Assembly (NCBI GenBank): GCA_963789965.1
Contig: CAWBMO010000001.1
Coordinates: forward strand, 576,010 to 640,009
Length of the DNA stretch: 64,000 nt
Source of the DNA: an uncultured Acidobacteriota bacterium
GTDB taxonomy: Bacteria; Acidobacteriota; Vicinamibacteria; Vicinamibacterales; CAVVIG01
Direction: 5' to 3'
The notes under the pieces are model-generated. The model worked only from the letters and a program-made list of their open reading frames with translations. It ran no database searches and was not told the origin of the DNA. The translations under genes were made by a program, and so were the position numbers. The stretch's first letter is position 1; every line of letters begins with the position of its first letter. Shown piece after piece: positions 59,434-64,000 of the stretch.

Positions 59434-60216
59434 GTGACCTTCGTGGTAGTGGTGTGTCTATCGCTTGGCGGCCTGGCTACGTCCACCCTTTCCGCCGCGC
59501 AGTCGGCGTCGGCTTCCGACCGCGAAGCGCTCGACCGTCTGGTCGCGGAGGCAGCGGCGAAAGGACTGCCGGCTGCTCCGCTGACGAACAAGATCCAGGA
59601 AGGGTTCGCAAAGGGCGCGGACCCGAAGCGGATCGAGCTCGTGGTGCGTCAGATGGCGACTAATCTCGAGACCGCCGATCGACTCGTGCGCGAGATCGAG
59701 CCGGCGTCAGCGGGCGCGGGACGTGAGACGTCGGTGACGCTGCTGGCGGAGTCGATCGGAAGCGGTGTCACCACCGACGAAGTGCGCCAGCTCCAAAAGA
59801 CTGCGCAGGTGTCGGGAAAGCCACCGTTGACGGCCGACGCGGTGGCCAGTGCGGCAAAGGGGTTGTCTTTTATTAAAGACGCCCGACTCCCGGTGGCCGA
59901 CGGCACCGCCGTGATTGCCGAGGCAGTGAAGCAGGGATTCCGATCGCGCGAGATTCTCGATCTGGGACGCGAGGTCAAGCGCCGTGAAGCCGACTACCGA
60001 GCCGGTCGCGCCAGCCTGCGGGCATTGCGGGATGCCATCGCGCGCGGGGATCGTTCAGACCAATTGTTCCGCGACAGCCGAAGCGATGCCGTCGAGCGGC
60101 CTGCGGCAACGCGACCAGAGACGCAGGTCGATCGGCCGGCGGCTCGTCCCGAGGCCCCGCAACGTCCGGAACAACCCGTACGTCCCGAGCGTCCTTCCAC
60201 CGGGCGCGATCGGTAG
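59434..60216 (+). CDS. Secreted helical hypothetical protein with RPERP-like tail
   Basis: Signal peptide, GLP..PL.NKIQEG.AKG; start approximate. Confidence 0.7.
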   Translation: MTFVVVVCLSLGGLATSTLSAAQSASASDREALDRLVAEAAAKGLPAAPLTNKIQEGFAKGADPKRIELVVRQMATNLETADRLVREIEPASAGAGRETSVTLLAESIGSGVTTDEVRQLQKTAQVSGKPPLTADAVASAAKGLSFIKDARLPVADGTAVIAEAVKQGFRSREILDLGREVKRREADYRAGRASLRALRDAIARGDRSDQLFRDSRSDAVERPAATRPETQVDRPAARPEAPQRPEQPVRPERPSTGRDR

Positions 60217-60540
60217 CCCGAGGCAAAGCGCCGTCCTCGCCTGTCGCAGAGTCGTTTCTGAGGGAAGGCCCAAAGAGGGAGTGCGGCGGGTCCTTAGCTC
60301 CGACGGGGCCGTCGGCCGGGAACCGTGCCCTGACCCGCGCCCTGGCGGCGCTGCCACGCCTCGAACGCAGCCACCTCCGCTCGTCGTCCCTGGCGCCTCC
60401 GGCCTGGTGCACCGCGGCGAGCGGCCATCGGGTGTGCGGCGTGGGCGCGATCACTGTTCATACGCGAACCTCCGTTGAGATCTATCGGCTTGACTTCTGG
60501 ACTCCTGTACCCTACGGAATAGCGCTTTGTTCTAGGCGGC

Positions 60541-60612
60541 CACGAACCAGGGACAGAAGACGGACCAAGGACCAGGAACGGACCAGGAACCAGGGCCCAA
60601 GGACCAGGGACT
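60541..60612. repeat. GGACCA(A/G) tandem repeat
   Basis: cggaccaaggaccaggaacggaccaggaaccagggcccaaggaccagggac. Confidence 0.75.
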
Positions 60613-60742
60613 GAGCTGTTTGGCGTAAAGACGCCGCGTTACAAACCTCGTCGGTCCTGTCCAAGACTTGCAATCGTCCACGTCCGGGGTCCTGGAATCT
60701 GGCGTGGAATGGCCCAATCTCCTGGCACACGTCTTGGGGGTT

Positions 60743-62032
60743 ATGGCGGACGTGCTCGCCTTTCTGGCTCTATTAATGGTCCTCGGCCTGGTCTTTACGG
60801 CCATGGCCCCCCAGGCGCGCGAGGAGATCGGTCATGCGGCGCTGGCTGCCATCAGGCGCGTCAGGCAGGAAGCTACCCGCAACCGCCCTGAGTGCGAGCA
60901 GTTCCGGGCAGCCCTCCGCGAGCGGACCCGGTGGGCGCTCGTCACCCCGGCTCTCATTGCTCTGAACGTGACGGTCTTCGTCCTGATGCTCTCGGGCACC
61001 GGCGCCCTCAGCGATCCCGCGACGCTGGCCGGTTGGGGCGGCAATTTCTGGCTGCGAACGAGGAACGGCGAGTGGTGGCGTCTGGTCACCTCGATCTTCG
61101 TGCACGCGGGAATGCTTCACCTTCTCGTCAACGTCGCCGGACTCGCCCAGATCGGCTTCATCCTGGAGCGTCTGGTCGGCCGCGCAATCGTCATCGCCGT
61201 GTTCCTGGCGGCGGGGATCTTTGCGAGTCTGGTCAACCTCGCCACGTATCCGATGGCCACCGGCGTTGGTGCATCCGGTGCCGTCTTCGGACTCTACGGC
61301 CTGCTGCTCGCCTCGTCGATCTGGGGCATCCGGCACCGCTCGAACGTCACGATGCCGCTGACGACGGTGAAAATGCTCCTCCCGGCTACGGCGGTCTTCA
61401 TCCTGTACAACCTGGCGACCGACAGCCTGGGAAGCGCGGCCGAGTTCACCGGGCTTCTCGTGGGGCTGGTGTGCGGGGCAGGCCTTACAAAAGGTGTCAG
61501 CGATCGCAAGCCAGCCGCACGTCGCGTCGCCCATCTCACGGCGGCCACGGTCGTGATTGCCGTGCTCTCTGCGATCCCTCTGCGTGGAATCACCGACGTC
61601 AAACCGGAGCTCGAACGAACGGTCGCGGCCGAAGATCGCATGGCCGCTGCGTATCGAGAGGCGGCCGGGCAGTTCAGAAACGACCGGGTGACAGCCGACG
61701 CGCTGGCTCTCTTGATCGATCGAAAAATCATTCCCGAGCTGCAGGTCACCGACCAACGGCTGAAGGCGCTGGTTGGAGTGCCGAAAGAACATCAGCCGCT
61801 CATCGCGACCGCTGAGGAGTACGTGCGGCTGCGGTCCGAAAGCTGGCGCCTTCGGTCCGAATGGCTGCGCAAGGCTGGCAGAGTCCCGGCGCGAGGAGGC
61901 GAAGCCGCTCTGCACAGGGCCAACATGCGCACGATCGCACAGGCGGAGGAAACCGAGCGGGCGGCGCTCGAAGCCCTCGAGAGAATTCGGTCAGCCGGCG
62001 CCGAAGCGACCGAGGCGAGTGCGAGGCCGTAG
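60743..62032 (+). CDS. Rhomboid-family intramembrane protease homolog with C-terminal helical domain
   Basis: GEWWRLVTSIFVH, HLLVN, GASGAVFG; start uncertain. Confidence 0.85.
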   Translation: MADVLAFLALLMVLGLVFTAMAPQAREEIGHAALAAIRRVRQEATRNRPECEQFRAALRERTRWALVTPALIALNVTVFVLMLSGTGALSDPATLAGWGGNFWLRTRNGEWWRLVTSIFVHAGMLHLLVNVAGLAQIGFILERLVGRAIVIAVFLAAGIFASLVNLATYPMATGVGASGAVFGLYGLLLASSIWGIRHRSNVTMPLTTVKMLLPATAVFILYNLATDSLGSAAEFTGLLVGLVCGAGLTKGVSDRKPAARRVAHLTAATVVIAVLSAIPLRGITDVKPELERTVAAEDRMAAAYREAAGQFRNDRVTADALALLIDRKIIPELQVTDQRLKALVGVPKEHQPLIATAEEYVRLRSESWRLRSEWLRKAGRVPARGGEAALHRANMRTIAQAEETERAALEALERIRSAGAEATEASARP

Positions 62033-62044
62033 GAGCGCCGTGCT

Positions 62045-63253
62045 TCAGGACCGGCCGCGGGCGGCGCGAATCGCAGCGGCGTGTGAGAGGATTCGCTCGT
62101 CACGCGTACCGGTCCGCATCGCACGCTGTGATGCGGAAAAGGCCTCATCGAGCCGCTCTGTCTTGTAGTACGCCCACGCAAGCGCGTCTTCTGTGAAGAT
62201 ATCGTGCCGCGTGGCCGCGACCGCTTCGGCGATCTTGACGGCCTCAGGCAGCTTGCGATCGTGTTCAACCAGAAACAATGCCAGATTCACTTCAGTCTGC
62301 GCGATAGCCGGGCCCGCGAGCTCTTCGGCCAGCTGATAGTAGCGTTCCGCCTGAGCCACGTCGCCGCTTTGGGCGTAGAGATCGCCGATTCGGGCGGCAA
62401 GGTCCAGCGTCGGAGTGCGTCCGAACTGATTGAGGAAGATCGCAAGCGCTCCTGTCCGATTGCCCCGCACAGCCTGCACCTTCCCTTGCCCGATCATCGC
62501 GGACGGGTGGGAAGGGAAGAAGAAAGCGGCACGGCGATACTCACGGTCTGCCTCGTCAAGTTGTCCCATGCGGAGGTAGAGATCGCCGACTTGCGCGCTG
62601 TACCATGCCTGCGCCTCAGGATCGTGTGCGGCAGTCGCCTCTCTTGCCATCTGCATCGCCCGAAGCGCACCACTGACACTCCCTTGCAGTTCGCGTGCGT
62701 ACGCGACGCGTGCGTACGCGGCCGCGCTCGGCCGCAGCGTCACCATCTTGTCGAACGCACCAAATGCGTCCTCGTACTCACCGAGCTCAATCCAGGCGTC
62801 CCCGAGAACCCCGTAGTTCCATGCATCGTCCGGGCGAAGGTCGCGAGCACGACGGCCGGCGTCGAGCGCTTCACGAAAGCGGTGCTGCGAGAGATACGTG
62901 GCACCGAGCAGTCGGAGCGCATCGTAGTGACCGGGCGTGTCCTTCAGTACTGACGTCAGCAGACTGCCTGCCCTACCCGACAGCCTGCCATCGCCGGTCA
63001 CGCGCGCCTGACGCAACAACGCATCCGCCAGCAGAACCGCTGCGCCGGCATCCTGCGGCCGTTCTTCCAGCCGCCGCTCCATTTCGCTGATGCGCTGGCG
63101 CAACCCTTCTGCCGACGTCTGAGGCGCGCCGGGCATGCCCACGACCGGCGCCAGGCTTCCCGGCTCCACCGCTTTGCGCGCGTCGCGCCCGATCAGATAG
63201 GGAACCACCGCGGCCGCCACTCCTATCACGACCGCGGCGATGATCCATTCCAC
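62045..63253 (-). CDS. Membrane-anchored TPR protein
   Basis: N-terminal TM helix, multiple TPRs, DALAWAYY; start uncertain. Confidence 0.82.
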   Translation of the reverse strand: MEWIIAAVVIGVAAAVVPYLIGRDARKAVEPGSLAPVVGMPGAPQTSAEGLRQRISEMERRLEERPQDAGAAVLLADALLRQARVTGDGRLSGRAGSLLTSVLKDTPGHYDALRLLGATYLSQHRFREALDAGRRARDLRPDDAWNYGVLGDAWIELGEYEDAFGAFDKMVTLRPSAAAYARVAYARELQGSVSGALRAMQMAREATAAHDPEAQAWYSAQVGDLYLRMGQLDEADREYRRAAFFFPSHPSAMIGQGKVQAVRGNRTGALAIFLNQFGRTPTLDLAARIGDLYAQSGDVAQAERYYQLAEELAGPAIAQTEVNLALFLVEHDRKLPEAVKIAEAVAATRHDIFTEDALAWAYYKTERLDEAFSASQRAMRTGTRDERILSHAAAIRAARGRS

Positions 63254-63331
63254 CCGCCTCACTCGCCCCACCCGCCCCTTCTGCCCCTCCCGCCCTTCCT
63301 GCCCTTCCCGCCCTTCCCGCCCCTCCTGCCT
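63250..63331. repeat. 9-bp tandem repeat (CCCGCCCCT-like)
   Basis: About 9 copies between DUF4331 and TPR genes. Confidence 0.8.
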
Positions 63332-63335
63332 GAGC

Positions 63336-64000
63336 TCACGGATGGTGAACATGCTCGTAGCCCTGGTGTGGTACGGCAAGGTACGGAAAGTCAGCGGTGA
63401 ACGGGCGGTCGTTCGCATCCACGCCATCGCCGAGCACGTTATTGGGCGAGCGGTTCGCGTTGCCCGCGCAAAAACCGAACGACTCGATGAGTGGGCCGAC
63501 TACGGGGCCGTACCCGCAGGCAAAGGCGCGCAGGTCGATGTCGGTCACGTCGTCCTCGAGCCGCCTCCCGTTGGGGAAACCTGCGAAGTCGCCGGCCAGC
63601 ACGCCGAGCCGGTTGCCTGAACCGGCCGGGCCGGTGGGCGGAATGCCCGTGTTCAGACGAAGCAGGTCGGCTTTCCTGTCGCCCGTGAAGTTCAGGCCCG
63701 GAACGCCTGTGAGAAGCACGGCGACCAGATCGCCACGGCCGGTCGCTGGTGCATCGTTGAGGACCGGGTACAAGGCGTTTTCAAGACGCGTGACCTCGGG
63801 CTCGGTATATCGGACCAGAAACCGCGCGTCGCCGTGTGGATCGGACATGTTCCATCGGTCTTTCTGCCCCAGCGGGATCACGACCTCGTTGATGAGCGGA
63901 TTGCCGAGCCGCGAGACCTGCACGAACTTGCTGTCATCGCGGTCGCTATCGTGCTCATCATCATTGTCGCGATCGTCGTCGTTGACGTGGTCGTGGTCGT
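63336..64000 (-). CDS. DUF4331-family protein, 3' part
   Basis: QVSRLGNPLINEV, DLLRLN, GFPNGRRLEDDVTDI, FPYLA.PH. Confidence 0.9.
   Translation of the reverse strand, partial: DHDHVNDDDRDNDDEHDSDRDDSKFVQVSRLGNPLINEVVIPLGQKDRWNMSDPHGDARFLVRYTEPEVTRLENALYPVLNDAPATGRGDLVAVLLTGVPGLNFTGDRKADLLRLNTGIPPTGPAGSGNRLGVLAGDFAGFPNGRRLEDDVTDIDLRAFACGYGPVVGPLIESFGFCAGNANRSPNNVLGDGVDANDRPFTADFPYLAVPHQGYEHVHHP

Noticed and set aside
60217-60480. Structured ncRNA downstream of the ECF operon
   Set aside because: Only short GC palindromes, expected by chance at this GC content.

Overview
High-GC bacterial DNA. Gene content (DUF6152, PD40 propellers, Oar-like TonB receptor, wHTH-TPR regulator) suggests Acidobacteriota, probably Vicinamibacteria-like; this is an inference. 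Left part: purH 5' end, cspA, and a nuo (complex I) operon ABCDEF-H-JKLMN that lacks nuoG and nuoI and has a candidate Rex operator. Next come a REP-associated tyrosine transposase (RAYT) with a 7-copy 61-bp REP array, lhr-nei, yajQ, cls, and a nucleotidyltransferase/metallophosphoesterase pair. A ~9-kb accessory block (26.7-35.6 kb) is bracketed by repeated copies of the phosphoesterase 5' end. The right half holds accessory genes: TonB receptor, regulators, MBL hydrolase, vapBC, pilT, an ECF sigma / CBM48 anti-sigma operon, a rhomboid, and TPR + DUF4331. The window is rich in small non-autonomous repeat elements: several families occupy most nuo gene junctions, and three sit in-frame inside proteins. 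Several frameshifts may be long-read errors. All calls come from reading motifs by eye; no database searches were run.
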